DNA of 64,000 bases from an uncultured Clostridia bacterium (GCA_934476455.1 CAKSNY010000002.1:10689-74688); one strand, 5' to 3'. Counted from the first letter of the stretch, positions 19,984-29,904 are shown. Program-made: numbers and translations. Notes: a model not told the origin generated them from the letters alone.

Positions 19984-20643
19984 GTGTTTTATATGAATAT
20001 TGATTTTGACGCGGCAATTTTTGACCTTGACGGCACGCTTGCCGATTCACTGGACGTATGGGACAAGATAGATTACGAATTTCTGGAAAAAAAGAGGGGA
20101 ATACGCGTTCCCGACGATTATGTACATAAAATAGCCGCGATGAGTTTTTCCGAAACTGCGGAGTATACGAAAAGGCGCTTTAACCTCCCCGATACAACAG
20201 AGGAATTAAAAAACGAATGGCGTGAAATGGCGCTTTACGAGTACAAGAACAACATAAAGCTGAAAAAAGGCGCGGGCGAATATTTGAAAATGCTTCAGCG
20301 GCGCGGCAAGAAAATTGTTCTTTGCACAAGCTCGCCGAGGTTTTTGTACGAGCCGTTCCTTAAAAATAACGGCGTATACAATCTGTTTGACGGTTTCGCC
20401 GATACCTGCGCCGCCAAGTGCGGAAAAACCGCTCCGGACGTGTTTTTGCTTGCCGCACAAAAAGCGCAGGCCGCCCCCGTGCGGTGCCTTGTTTTTGAGG
20501 ATGTTTTGTCCGCCGCGCAGTGCGCAAAAAGCACGGGAATGGCGGTTTGCGGTGTTTTCGATAAAAGAAGCGCCCGCAATAAAGAGAAAATGCAGGCGCT
20601 GTGCGATATGTATATAACAGAGTTTGCGGAAATTTCGGATTGA
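19984..20643 (+). CDS. HAD-superfamily hydrolase (subfamily IA)
   Basis: motif I FDLDGTLADS, motif IV-like FEDV. Confidence 0.7.
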   Translation: MFYMNIDFDAAIFDLDGTLADSLDVWDKIDYEFLEKKRGIRVPDDYVHKIAAMSFSETAEYTKRRFNLPDTTEELKNEWREMALYEYKNNIKLKKGAGEYLKMLQRRGKKIVLCTSSPRFLYEPFLKNNGVYNLFDGFADTCAAKCGKTAPDVFLLAAQKAQAAPVRCLVFEDVLSAAQCAKSTGMAVCGVFDKRSARNKEKMQALCDMYITEFAEISD

Positions 20644-20648
20644 GCAGA

Positions 20649-21548
20649 TTAAGATTTTTTCTTTCCGGTAAACGGCAGCGCGGGCTGCACCTCTGAAATG
20701 ATTATGGCAAGAAATATTACGGCGAAGCCTGCAAAAAGCCTGGGCGTAACCGTTTCGGAGGTGAATATTACGGAAAATATTACGCCGAATACCGCCTCCA
20801 ACGACAGTATGAGAGATGCTGTTGCCGGGGGCGTAAATTTTTGCCCCGTGTTTTGAAGAATATAGCATATGCACGTTGCAAAAACCGCAAGATAAAGTAC
20901 AGACAAAATGTCGCGCGGGGCAAGCGTGCCCGGCAGCGATTCAAAAAGCAGCGCCGGCACAAGCGCAATTATGCCCGCAAAAACAAATTGCAGCATTGTT
21001 AAAACAAGAATGTTTTTATTCTTTGAAAATATTGACACCGAAACCATATGCAGCGCGTAAAACAGCCCGCCCAAAAGCGTAAGCGCGTCACCGCGGCATA
21101 TAGAATTAAAGTCGCCCCCGCTCATAGATACAAGCGTTATTCCGAAAATACACAAAAATGCCGCCAAAATGTTATAAAGCGACGGGCGAATCTTTGATAC
21201 ACCCCAAAATATAAACGGAACCAAAATACAGTAAACGGCGGTTAAAAATGCGTTTTTACCGGGTGTTGTGGCAGGGTCGGACAAGCCGAACGTCTGCGCT
21301 ATGTAAGCCGAAACAACAAGCGCCCCCATAACGGCGCCCTGCAAAATATAGCTTTTATCTATTATTTTTAAATATTTAAAAAGTATCGCGCAAAGTAGCA
21401 CACCAGCTATCAAAAACCTTGCCGCAAGCAGCGTAAAAATACCGATATTTTCTATTGTGCCCTCCATAATAAAAAACGTGCTGCCCCATATAACCGTTGC
21501 CAAAAGCAGCGCAAGCTTTGCCAAAATTGATGTGGACTTTTTTGTCAT
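20649..21548 (-). CDS. DMT-superfamily (EamA) transporter
   Basis: 10-TM duplicated EamA architecture, 299 aa. Confidence 0.75.
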   Translation of the reverse strand: MTKKSTSILAKLALLLATVIWGSTFFIMEGTIENIGIFTLLAARFLIAGVLLCAILFKYLKIIDKSYILQGAVMGALVVSAYIAQTFGLSDPATTPGKNAFLTAVYCILVPFIFWGVSKIRPSLYNILAAFLCIFGITLVSMSGGDFNSICRGDALTLLGGLFYALHMVSVSIFSKNKNILVLTMLQFVFAGIIALVPALLFESLPGTLAPRDILSVLYLAVFATCICYILQNTGQKFTPPATASLILSLEAVFGVIFSVIFTSETVTPRLFAGFAVIFLAIIISEVQPALPFTGKKKS

Positions 21549-21550
21549 TT

Positions 21551-22039
21551 TTAAATTCCTTCTTTCGTTTGCAATATAAGGTCGGCATATTTTGCACCCA
21601 CAAAGTCTGACAAAAGCTTAGGCTCTGTTATAATTTGCAGACCGCGTGCGCCGCCGCTTACATAAATTTTTTCCAAATCAAGCGCGGAAGAGTGTATATA
21701 TGTGGGAAAATGCTTTTTCATACCTATCGGGCTGCACCCGCCGCGCACATATCCGGTTGTGGGCAAAAGCTGCTTAAGGGGCAAAAGCTCCACCCTTTTT
21801 TCACCGCAGGCGGCAGCCGCTTTTTTTAAGTCCACCTCTTCGGAAACGGGAATACAAAACACAACGCAGCCGTGCTTCTCGCCGCGCGCAACAAGCGTTT
21901 TAAACACACACTTTTCATCAGCACCGATTTTGCGCGCAATGGCGGCTCCGGAAAGGTCTGCCTCATCCACCTCGTACTGTGCTGTGTCAAACGGAATTTT
22001 TGCCTTTTCAAGCATACGAACAGCGTTTGTTTTCTGCAT
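21551..22039 (-). CDS. ybaK: Cys-tRNA(Pro)/Cys-tRNA(Cys) deacylase YbaK
   Basis: 162 aa, YbaK/ProX deacylase motifs (KTLV, GGCSPIG). Confidence 0.8.
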   Translation of the reverse strand: MQKTNAVRMLEKAKIPFDTAQYEVDEADLSGAAIARKIGADEKCVFKTLVARGEKHGCVVFCIPVSEEVDLKKAAAACGEKRVELLPLKQLLPTTGYVRGGCSPIGMKKHFPTYIHSSALDLEKIYVSGGARGLQIITEPKLLSDFVGAKYADLILQTKEGI

Positions 22040-22138
22040 AAAAAATCCCCCTTGTATTGAAAAAAATGTCGAATGATGATATTATATAACAACAGCCGAC
22101 CGATTTCAACATTATTTATATGTTAAGGATGTGATTTT

Positions 22139-22783
22139 TTGCGGAATTTTATTCTTTTTGATTTGGACGGAACGCTTACAGACCCTAAAGAGGGCATTAC
22201 AAAAAGCGTGTGCTATGCACTGCATTTTTTTAATATCGAAAAAAATCCGGATGATGTGGTATCGTTTATCGGTCCGCCCCTTAAACAGCAGTTTAAAGAG
22301 TTCGCCGCCCTTTCGGATAAGCAGGCGGAAAAAGCCGTTGAGGTTTACAGAGAACGCTTTGCGCCGATAGGAATTTACGAAAACAAGCTTATTGACGGTA
22401 TAATTCCGATGCTTGACGAGCTTTGCAAAAGGGGCGCGAAAATGGCAATTGCCACAAGCAAGCCCACGGTTTTTGCAAAGAAAATAGCCGACAGGTTTGG
22501 CATTTCCCGCTTTATGGAGGGGGTATTCGGCAGCGAACTTGACGGAACCGATACCGACAAGGCATGCGTTATTAAAAAAGCGATGAAAAAGCTGGGCGCA
22601 CTGCCTCAAAATACGGTTATGGTCGGCGACAGAATACACGATATAACAGGGGCGGAGAAAAACAAAATTCCCGCAATAGGCGTAACGTTCGGCTATGCCC
22701 CGCCGGGAGAACTTGAAAAAAGCAATGCCGCCGCGGTATGCGCCTCCCCGGAGGAGCTGCTTAAAATTTTAATTTCAATGTGA
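22139..22783 (+). CDS. HAD-superfamily hydrolase (phosphatase, subfamily IA)
   Basis: FDLDGTLTDP, ATSKP, GDRIHDI motifs. Confidence 0.7.
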   Translation: MRNFILFDLDGTLTDPKEGITKSVCYALHFFNIEKNPDDVVSFIGPPLKQQFKEFAALSDKQAEKAVEVYRERFAPIGIYENKLIDGIIPMLDELCKRGAKMAIATSKPTVFAKKIADRFGISRFMEGVFGSELDGTDTDKACVIKKAMKKLGALPQNTVMVGDRIHDITGAEKNKIPAIGVTFGYAPPGELEKSNAAAVCASPEELLKILISM

Positions 22784-22808
22784 ATAATCCCGCTCGGACA
22801 GGCATAGT

Positions 22809-23366
22809 ATGAAATATCAATTGTCTGTTTTTTGGGGAGGGTTTGGCTTGAAATTTTGCGGCAGCGGAAAAAACGTGCTATGCGCGGCAATATATTTTAC
22901 GCTCGGAACAGCTGCGGGAATCGTTCTTTTTTACGGTACGGGTGCCGCAGCCGAATTTTCGGCAAAGCTTTCACCCGTTACGCCGATCTTGTTTGCGCGG
23001 CTTGTGTGGAACGATATTTTATGGCTGCTTTCGGTGTATATGGCGGGTATTATGTTCCCGTTTTACGGCGCACATCCTGTTTTGGCGGTGCGCGGCGTTG
23101 TAAACGGATATTCGCTTTCGTGTATGCTTAAGTCAAGCGGGGTAAAATACGCGGCGGCAGCGGCAATTCCGCAATGCCTTTCAATCCTCCCGATGCTTTT
23201 GGTGCTGTCGGCACACACGCACGTAAGAAGAAAATATCTGACAGAGCAAAATAAAGACCCCTCCGTTATGCGAAAAAGCGAAACACTTACAATTTTTGCA
23301 TATGCCATTTCCACGGCGGCGGCGGAAACGCTTTTTTACACACTTTTTTGTAAAATTTTGTTCTAA
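22809..23366 (+). CDS. putative stage II sporulation protein M-like membrane protein
   Basis: 185-aa polytopic membrane protein of SpoIIM-like size/topology immediately upstream of xerD-like gene, echoing the Bacillus spoIIM-xerD neighbourhood. Confidence 0.35.
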   Translation: MKYQLSVFWGGFGLKFCGSGKNVLCAAIYFTLGTAAGIVLFYGTGAAAEFSAKLSPVTPILFARLVWNDILWLLSVYMAGIMFPFYGAHPVLAVRGVVNGYSLSCMLKSSGVKYAAAAAIPQCLSILPMLLVLSAHTHVRRKYLTEQNKDPSVMRKSETLTIFAYAISTAAAETLFYTLFCKILF

Positions 23367-23460
23367 TATACCGAAAATTATTTTAAATTATGTGCAAAAT
23401 GGTGATATACATTTTTTTTTGTATGCTGTAAAATAGAAACACTATATTATGTAAACTGCG

Positions 23461-24351
23461 GTGAAGAGAATGGAAAAAACCTTAGAGGAATACGGGGCAT
23501 ACCTGAAAACACAGGGAATGTCCGAAAATACGCGTCTTTCATACATACGGGATTTGCGTGCATTTTGCGCTTTTGCCGAGGTAAACGGTATTGAGGATAT
23601 TTTTTCGGCAACGCAAAAAACGCTGCAGGACTATGCAGACAGCCTGAAGGAGGCGGGAAGGGCAAATTCCACCGCGGCAAGGCAGATTGCCGCGCTGCGA
23701 AAATTTTATTCGTATGCGTTTCAAACGGGGCGCTGCAGCCTAAACCCCGCAATAAACATAAAGCTGCCGCATATTGAAAAAAAGCTTCCGGAGGCGATAA
23801 CCCCGCGTGAGGTTGTAAAGCTTTTAAATCAGCCCAAATGCACAGACCTTAAGGGCTACCGCGATAAGGCAATGCTTGAGCTTGTGTACGCAACGGGAAT
23901 AAAGGTGTCGGAGCTGATAAACCTCACGGTGCATGATGTTGATATAAAAAGGGAAATGCTCTCGTGCAGCTCATCGGGGCAGAGACGCTTTATACCCATA
24001 GGAAAAGCCGCTGCGGAGGCGCTTGATAACTACATAAAAAAAGCAAGGGCGCTTATGGTGTCCGACGGGCATATGAAAACGCTTTTTGTAAATTGTTCGG
24101 GTACGCCGCTTACAAGGCAGGGCTTTTGGAAAATACTGCGCCGCTATGCCGATATGGCGGGAATAAAGGCAGATATTAACGCGCAGACAATACGCAATTC
24201 GTTTGCCGTGCATCTTCTTCAAAACGGCGCGGATATAAACGCCGTGTCGGAAATGCTGGGGCATATGGATGTTGTGACAACGCGTGTGTACAATCAGGTT
24301 TTGAAAAACAATATAAAAAAGATATATAAAAAGGCGCATCCGCGCGCATAG
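23461..24351 (+). CDS. xerD: tyrosine recombinase XerD-like, with substitutions at catalytic positions
   Basis: aligns end to end with E. coli XerD (DKAMLELVYATGIKVSEL; ...LGHMDVVTTRVYNQV...AHPRA) but Arg-I is Lys (ATGIKVSE) and the HxxR His is Gln (QTIRNSF). Confidence 0.75.
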   Translation: MKRMEKTLEEYGAYLKTQGMSENTRLSYIRDLRAFCAFAEVNGIEDIFSATQKTLQDYADSLKEAGRANSTAARQIAALRKFYSYAFQTGRCSLNPAINIKLPHIEKKLPEAITPREVVKLLNQPKCTDLKGYRDKAMLELVYATGIKVSELINLTVHDVDIKREMLSCSSSGQRRFIPIGKAAAEALDNYIKKARALMVSDGHMKTLFVNCSGTPLTRQGFWKILRRYADMAGIKADINAQTIRNSFAVHLLQNGADINAVSEMLGHMDVVTTRVYNQVLKNNIKKIYKKAHPRA

Positions 24352-24489
24352 GCAGATGCTGACACATCTGCTCAGACAGGCTGATTCCCCATATCAAAAA
24401 ATTTTTTTATTTTGGTAAAAAAAACTTGCAATTTAAGGGAATATATGCTACAATACATTTTGTTTCATTATGTTTTGGAGGTGAAAGTT

Positions 24490-24753
24490 ATGCCTAACAT
24501 AAAATCAGCTAAGAAAAGAGTACTTGTTATTGACAAGAAAACCCTGCAGAATCGCATGGTTAAGTCTGAAATAAAAACCGAGCTTAAGAAATTTGAAGCT
24601 GCTGTTTCCGCAGGTAATAAGGCTCAGGCACAGGAAATGCTCGATTTCTGCGTGAAGAAGCTTGATCAGGCAGCTGCAAAGGGTGTTTATCATAAAAATA
24701 CCGTAAGCCGCAAAAAAAGCCAGCTTGCAAAGGCTTTTGCAGCACTCGCATAA
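24490..24753 (+). CDS. rpsT: 30S ribosomal protein S20
   Basis: MPNIKSAKKRV... 87 aa; GGAGGTG RBS; ORF track start 24412 is an upstream extension. Confidence 0.9.
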   Translation: MPNIKSAKKRVLVIDKKTLQNRMVKSEIKTELKKFEAAVSAGNKAQAQEMLDFCVKKLDQAAAKGVYHKNTVSRKKSQLAKAFAALA

Positions 24754-24774
24754 ATCAGGAAAATGTGCTTATCG

Positions 24775-24804
24775 GCCACTGCCGTGTCAGGCGGTGGCTT
24801 TTTG
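24775..24804 (+). terminator. rpsT intrinsic terminator
   Basis: gccactgcc-gtgtca-ggcggtggc followed by tttttgc. Confidence 0.5.
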
Positions 24805-24841
24805 CATGCCGTTTTGTTTTTAATTTGGGGAGGATTTACAT

Positions 24842-26281
24842 ATGAAAAACTGCAAAAAAAGGGCTTGTTCTCTTTTTTTATCGCTTTTAATTGCGCTTTC
24901 ATTTAATATAACGTCGTTTTCGGCAGCAACTGAAGATGTCTGCCTTTCAATGGCGCTTAACGATACCCGCGCGTATATCGGAAATACGCAAATAACGGTA
25001 AACGCGCCGCTTACGGCGCTCGGAAGAATGTATGTGGATTTGTACGAAACGGCGCCGCTTTTGGGTGTGGAGCTTGCATGGGTAGATGCAGATATTCCAT
25101 ACTATACCGCTTCATACGGCGCAAAGACGACAGAGCTTCACATTACGGATTTTTATGATAATCTGCCGAAAGAAAATATGCTTTTTGTCAAAAATGACCG
25201 CGTGTTTGTTGCCGCGCGCGACCTTGCCGCAATAGCAAACGCAACGCTTGATTTTGATTCGTGGGTTATAACCTTTCACCGCGGGGAGAAAAGCGCGCAA
25301 AAGCCCGCTTACGGCACAATAAGCTTAAAAAGTGTGGATTCGTATATATACGAAACATACTGCTACCCTGTTGTTCATCCCGTTTACCCGTACCAGGCGT
25401 ATTCGCACGGGTTTATGGTGTCGGACGCACAAAAGCTTCAAAAAATATATCCCGACCTTATAAGAATAGGCTCTATAGGAAAATCTGTCGAGGGGCGCGA
25501 CCTTACCCTTATAGAATTCGGCAAGGGCAGCAAAAAGATTTTTGTATGTGCAGCGCACCATGCGCGCGAATATATATCGACAACGTACGTTATGTACGCG
25601 ATAGACCGCTATGCCGCAATGTACAGAACAGGCGCAAACACTACGGAATATAATATACGCGATATACTTGACAATGTTACGTTTTGCATTGTTCCGATGG
25701 TTAATCCGGACGGGGTAAATCTTGTGCAAAACGGCGTATCGGCGGTTAAAAATCCGCAGTATGTGTCGTCTATGGCTATAAGCGAGGGGGCAAAGTACGG
25801 CTACAGCGCGTGGAAAGCAAATGTGAACGGCGTGGACGTAAACTGGAACTATAACCGTGACTGGTCGCTTTCCAAAAACCGCTATCCGCGCGGCTCGATA
25901 GGTTTTAACGGAACGCAGCCCGAAACAGAGCCCGAAACGTGCGCGGTTACAAATTATGTAAATTCTATGCCGTTCGAAGCGTTTGTTTCCATGCACACGC
26001 AGGGGAAAATGCTCTACTGGGCGGATGATGTGACAAATCCGACATACATCGGCGAAACCGTAAATGCAAAGAACGGCTTTACGCTTAAATATGAAAAAGA
26101 AACAGGCGTCGGCGGCTCGTTTTTTGACTATGTATACCGTAACTACGGTAAGGCAACCCTTACTGTGGAGCTTTGCAGCTACATAGGACCGCACCCGTAT
26201 CCGGATTCTGATTTTGACAGCGTTTGGAAAAGCGCGGAGGACGTGCTTCTGATAGTCGGAAATATAATAAAAAACAGGTAA
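24842..26281 (+). CDS. secreted M14-family zinc carboxypeptidase (gamma-D-glutamyl-diamino acid peptidase-like) with N-terminal stalk domain
   Basis: signal peptide; HxxE zinc motif AAHHAREYIS, downstream His in SMHTQG; N-terminal copper-amine-oxidase-N-like domain. Confidence 0.7.
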   Translation: MKNCKKRACSLFLSLLIALSFNITSFSAATEDVCLSMALNDTRAYIGNTQITVNAPLTALGRMYVDLYETAPLLGVELAWVDADIPYYTASYGAKTTELHITDFYDNLPKENMLFVKNDRVFVAARDLAAIANATLDFDSWVITFHRGEKSAQKPAYGTISLKSVDSYIYETYCYPVVHPVYPYQAYSHGFMVSDAQKLQKIYPDLIRIGSIGKSVEGRDLTLIEFGKGSKKIFVCAAHHAREYISTTYVMYAIDRYAAMYRTGANTTEYNIRDILDNVTFCIVPMVNPDGVNLVQNGVSAVKNPQYVSSMAISEGAKYGYSAWKANVNGVDVNWNYNRDWSLSKNRYPRGSIGFNGTQPETEPETCAVTNYVNSMPFEAFVSMHTQGKMLYWADDVTNPTYIGETVNAKNGFTLKYEKETGVGGSFFDYVYRNYGKATLTVELCSYIGPHPYPDSDFDSVWKSAEDVLLIVGNIIKNR

Positions 26282-26491
26282 AAAACAGAGGTTCTGCCAC
26301 CGGACAGGGATGTTAAAGGGCATTCGTTTACACATAGTCAGGGTTTTGAAAATGTGTATGCGGATGCTTTTTTTACGTGTTTATTTAACGGAGGAAAATG
26401 AAAAAAAAACAAAGCCTGTAAAATAAAAGTTGACACTTTCTTTTGATTGTAATAAACTTAGAGAAGTGTTGATTAAAGGTGAGGTGCATTT

Positions 26492-27205
26492 ATGAGATTG
26501 CAAAAATATATTGCGCTGTGCGGTGTTTCTTCGCGCCGTAAGGCTGAAGAAATTATACAAAGCGGGCGCGTGCGCGTAAACGGCGAGATTATAAATTTTA
26601 TGGGATTTACCGTAGACGAGAAAAAGGATGTTGTAGAGCTTGATGCGCGCGTTATAAAACCGGAACAGAAAAAGTACTACATTATGCTTAATAAGCCGAA
26701 AAACTACGTAACAACCGTGTCGGACGATTTGGGCCGCCCCACCGTTATGCAGCTGACAAGCGAAATAGGCGCAAGAATATACCCCGTCGGCAGACTTGAT
26801 TTTGACACAACAGGGCTTTTGATTATGACAAACGACGGCGATTTTGCAAATAAGCTGACGCATCCGTCGCATATCGTGAACAAAGTTTACATAGCGCGTG
26901 TGGACAAAATGCCCGAAGGCACACAGCTTGAAATTTTAAAAAACGGCGTAGAACTTGACGACGGAAAAACCGCGCCCGCCGCAGCAGAGGTTTTGAAAAG
27001 ACCAAAACGCGGGATTGAGGTTAAAATAACCATACACGAAGGCAAAAACCGTCAGGTAAGACGAATGCTTGAAAAGGTGGGGCTTAACGTAATTTCTTTA
27101 AAACGCATAGCGGTAGGCTCTCTTGCGCTGGGCAATCTTCCCGAGGGCAGATGGCGCCACCTTTCCGAAGCCGAGGTTAATAAGCTGAAAGGAAGAAGAA
27201 AATGA
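26492..27205 (+). CDS. rRNA pseudouridine synthase (RsuA/RluB family) with S4 domain
   Basis: S4 N-terminus (LQKYIALCGVSSRRKAEEII), catalytic motif PVGRLDFDTTGLLIMTNDG. Confidence 0.8.
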   Translation: MRLQKYIALCGVSSRRKAEEIIQSGRVRVNGEIINFMGFTVDEKKDVVELDARVIKPEQKKYYIMLNKPKNYVTTVSDDLGRPTVMQLTSEIGARIYPVGRLDFDTTGLLIMTNDGDFANKLTHPSHIVNKVYIARVDKMPEGTQLEILKNGVELDDGKTAPAAAEVLKRPKRGIEVKITIHEGKNRQVRRMLEKVGLNVISLKRIAVGSLALGNLPEGRWRHLSEAEVNKLKGRRK

Positions 27206-27552
27206 TACGCGTAAATATAGTGGACGATGAGAGGATAATATCCTCGCTGATGGAAATAAAAAATGAAAATACCTGTCTTGCATGGGCGCAGGAGGGCGCA
27301 CAGCCGCGCGGCTGGTGCGCCTTTACTGCGGGCGGAGAGCTTATTTGTGCCGACGCCCGGGACGAATATTTTGAGCTTGTTATACGTGCGGCGCTGAACA
27401 AGCTGGATTTAAGCGGCGTAAAATACGCCGTGTGCAAAAACAAAACGCTTGCGGACAGGCTTATTCCCTTCGGCTTTCAAAAGTGCACAGGCGGTGTGAA
27501 AATTGATATTCCCGCTTTTTTTAAGCCGTGCGGCGGCTGCACAAAAAATTAA
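27202..27552 (+). CDS. hypothetical protein (116 aa) with Cys-rich C-terminus, translationally coupled to pseudouridine synthase
   Basis: ATGA overlap with upstream stop; C-terminal KPCGGCTKN; no family recognised. Confidence 0.35.
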   Translation: MIRVNIVDDERIISSLMEIKNENTCLAWAQEGAQPRGWCAFTAGGELICADARDEYFELVIRAALNKLDLSGVKYAVCKNKTLADRLIPFGFQKCTGGVKIDIPAFFKPCGGCTKN

Positions 27553-27571
27553 AATATTTTTAAAATTGATA

Positions 27572-27600
27572 TTGAAAAATCGAATTATCGGATGTATAAT
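27572..27600 (+). promoter_or_regulatory. promoter of decarboxylase operon (-35 TTGAAA, 17 nt, extended -10 TGtATAAT)
   Basis: hexamers at 27572-27577 and 27595-27600. Confidence 0.45.
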
Positions 27601-27658
27601 TATGATATAATGGGAAAAATTTGAATGTTGTTTTTTTAACAGGCAGGAGGAACTGAGT

Positions 27659-29137
27659 ATGAATTCCATTGAAAAGGTTTCCGAGCTTATGTCAAAGAAA
27701 GCAGAAATTGCTCTCGGCGGCGGCAAGGAAAAGCTTGAAAAGCAAAAACAGGGCGGCTTAATGACTTCCCGCGAGAGGATTGCAGCGCTTTTGGACGAGG
27801 GAAGCTTTGTCGAAATCGGCGCATTCGTAAGCGCGCGCGCGGAAGAAACCGCGGCAGACGGCGTTTCTACCGGCTATGGTACGGTTGACGGCAGGCTTGT
27901 GTATGTGTACTCGCAGGACAATACGGTTTGCGGCGGCGCTATGGGTGAAAACTACGGCAAAAAAATCGTCAACATATTTGAAATGGCGATGAAGATGGGT
28001 GCCCCCGTTGTAGGTATGCTCGATTCGGACGGTGTACGCCTTAAGGAGGGCGTGTATGCGCAGTCCGCTATGGGCGCTGTGTTAAGCGCGGCAGCTAAGG
28101 CAAGCGGCATTATTCCGAACATAAGCATTGTTTTCGGAAACTGTGCCGGCGGCAGTGCGATAGGCGCTGCAATGAGCGATTTCGTTATCGTAAGCGAGAA
28201 AAAGGGCAGGGTTTTTGTAAACGGGCCCTCTGTCATAGAGGCAACCACCGGTAAGAAAGCTTTGTCGGACGCTTCCTACAGCGCATCGGTAAGCGGTGCG
28301 GCACACCTTACGGGTGAGGACGACGCACAGTGCATAGAACTTGCACGCTTGCTTATATCCTACATTCCGTCAAACAATCTTTGCGATGCGTTTGACCTTG
28401 AAACGGCGGATGATGTAAACAGAACAAGCGAGACGCTTCAAAATGCGGACGCTGTTGAAGATGTAAGAATAATTATATCTGAAATTGCGGACGATAAGGC
28501 ATTTTTTGAAATACATAAGGACTATGCCGACGAGGTAAGCGTGGGTTTTGTACGCCTTAACGGCGCAAGCGTGGGCGTTGCTGCAACAAACGGAAAGCCC
28601 CTGGGCGGCTGCGCAATGGAAAAAACGGCACGCTTTGTTCGTTTTTGCGATTGCTTTAATATTCCCGTGCTTACATTTACAAACACAGACGGCTTTGCGG
28701 TAAATGCGGACGAGGAAAAGTACGGTCTTGCAAGAAAGGGCGCAGAGCTTTCGTATGCCTTTACGGGGGCAACGGTTCCCAAGGTAAACGTAATAGTTTC
28801 AAAGGCTTACGGTACGGCATATACAATATTTAACTCGAAACAGACAGGCGCGGATATTGTAATGGCATATCCCTTTGCACAGGCTGCACCGCTTGACCCT
28901 GCGGCAGGCGTCGGTATGCTTTATTCGGACAGGCTTAAAAACGGCGAGAGCCGCGACGCGCTTATGACAGAGTATGTAGAAAAGGAAGCAAATATTTACA
29001 GCGCTGCAAAGGCGGGCTATGTGGACGATATAATAGACCCCGCACAGACGCGGCAGAGGGTAATTGCGGCATTTGAAATGCTTGCGGGCAAGCGCGTTTT
29101 GTCAATCCCGCGCAAGCACGACAATATGCCCTTTTAA
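27659..29137 (+). CDS. acyl-CoA carboxyltransferase, 12S type (methylmalonyl-CoA decarboxylase alpha / propionyl-CoA carboxylase beta family)
   Basis: GGGKEKLEKQKQGGLMTSRERIAALLDEGSFVE and VVGMLDSDGVRL motifs of the AccD/PccB/MmdA family. Confidence 0.8.
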   Translation: MNSIEKVSELMSKKAEIALGGGKEKLEKQKQGGLMTSRERIAALLDEGSFVEIGAFVSARAEETAADGVSTGYGTVDGRLVYVYSQDNTVCGGAMGENYGKKIVNIFEMAMKMGAPVVGMLDSDGVRLKEGVYAQSAMGAVLSAAAKASGIIPNISIVFGNCAGGSAIGAAMSDFVIVSEKKGRVFVNGPSVIEATTGKKALSDASYSASVSGAAHLTGEDDAQCIELARLLISYIPSNNLCDAFDLETADDVNRTSETLQNADAVEDVRIIISEIADDKAFFEIHKDYADEVSVGFVRLNGASVGVAATNGKPLGGCAMEKTARFVRFCDCFNIPVLTFTNTDGFAVNADEEKYGLARKGAELSYAFTGATVPKVNVIVSKAYGTAYTIFNSKQTGADIVMAYPFAQAAPLDPAAGVGMLYSDRLKNGESRDALMTEYVEKEANIYSAAKAGYVDDIIDPAQTRQRVIAAFEMLAGKRVLSIPRKHDNMPF

Positions 29138-29140
29138 GAG

Positions 29141-29509
29141 GTGATAGATATGTTTGATACAAAGGATCTTATTTTTGAGGGTCTTGCTTACACGGTTATG
29201 GGTATTACCATAGTGTTTTTAATGCTTGTAATCATTATGTACGTTATAAAGGCAATGGCGCTTTTCAGCAATGAAAAGGAAAGCGCACAAAAAGCAGCGC
29301 CCGCACCCGCGCCGGCGCCGGCGCCGCAGGCGGAAAATACCGCAGTGCAGAAAACCGATGATTCGGAGCTTGTTGCGGTAATAACGGCTGCCGTATGTGC
29401 GGCTATGGGGAAAAGCGCTTCGGAGCTTGTTGTGCGTTCGTACAAAAAGCTTTCACAAAATGCGTGGAACAAAGCAGGGCGCAGAGAAACACTTGATAAC
29501 AGATTTTAA
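29141..29509 (+). CDS. Na+-transporting decarboxylase gamma subunit (OadG-like) with Ala-Pro linker
   Basis: N-terminal TM helix (LAYTVMGITIVFLMLVIIMYVI) followed by APAPAPAPAP linker, size 122 aa, operon position. Confidence 0.55.
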   Translation: MIDMFDTKDLIFEGLAYTVMGITIVFLMLVIIMYVIKAMALFSNEKESAQKAAPAPAPAPAPQAENTAVQKTDDSELVAVITAAVCAAMGKSASELVVRSYKKLSQNAWNKAGRRETLDNRF

Positions 29510-29523
29510 GGAGGATATATGTC

Positions 29524-29904
29524 ATGAGAAAATTTATTGTAAATGTAAACGGTAATTCGTATGAGGTTGAGGTTGACGAGGTTGCGGCAAACGGCTCAGC
29601 CGCAGCAGCACCGAAAGCAGCACCGGCACCCGCAGCGGCTGCTCCCGCACAAAAGGCTGCCCCCGCTCCCGCGCCCGCGGCAGCACCTGCCGGCGGCACA
29701 CCCGTTAAGGCGCCTATGCCGGGAAATGTTGTTGATATAAAGGTAGCAAACGGCGCTTCCGTAAAGAAGGGTGACGTTGTGGTTATACTCGAAGCTATGA
29801 AGATGGAAAACGAAATCTTCGCTCCGTGCGACGGTGTTGCAACGGTTGTTGCATCTAAGGGCGCAACGGTAAACAGCGGCGATGTACTTATCACTCTTTC
29901 CTGA
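29524..29904 (+). CDS. biotin carboxyl carrier subunit (MmdC/GcdC/1.3S-like)
   Basis: biotinyl motif EAMKMENEI near C-terminus, Ala/Pro-rich linker, 126 aa. Confidence 0.8.
   Translation: MRKFIVNVNGNSYEVEVDEVAANGSAAAAPKAAPAPAAAAPAQKAAPAPAPAAAPAGGTPVKAPMPGNVVDIKVANGASVKKGDVVVILEAMKMENEIFAPCDGVATVVASKGATVNSGDVLITLS

Noticed and set aside
25325-26335. 336-aa ORF on the minus strand
   Set aside because: Lies entirely antisense to the well-supported M14 carboxypeptidase gene. It is Arg/Lys-rich and low in complexity with no RBS or domain, so it is a shadow ORF.
29284-29700. Short tandem GCx-CCx repeats (gcacccgcgccggcgccg...) that could be mistaken for a repeat array or CRISPR
   Set aside because: They are in-frame Ala-Pro linker codons inside the OadG-like and biotin-carrier genes. 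There are no spacers and no cas genes, and no CRISPR array exists anywhere in the window.
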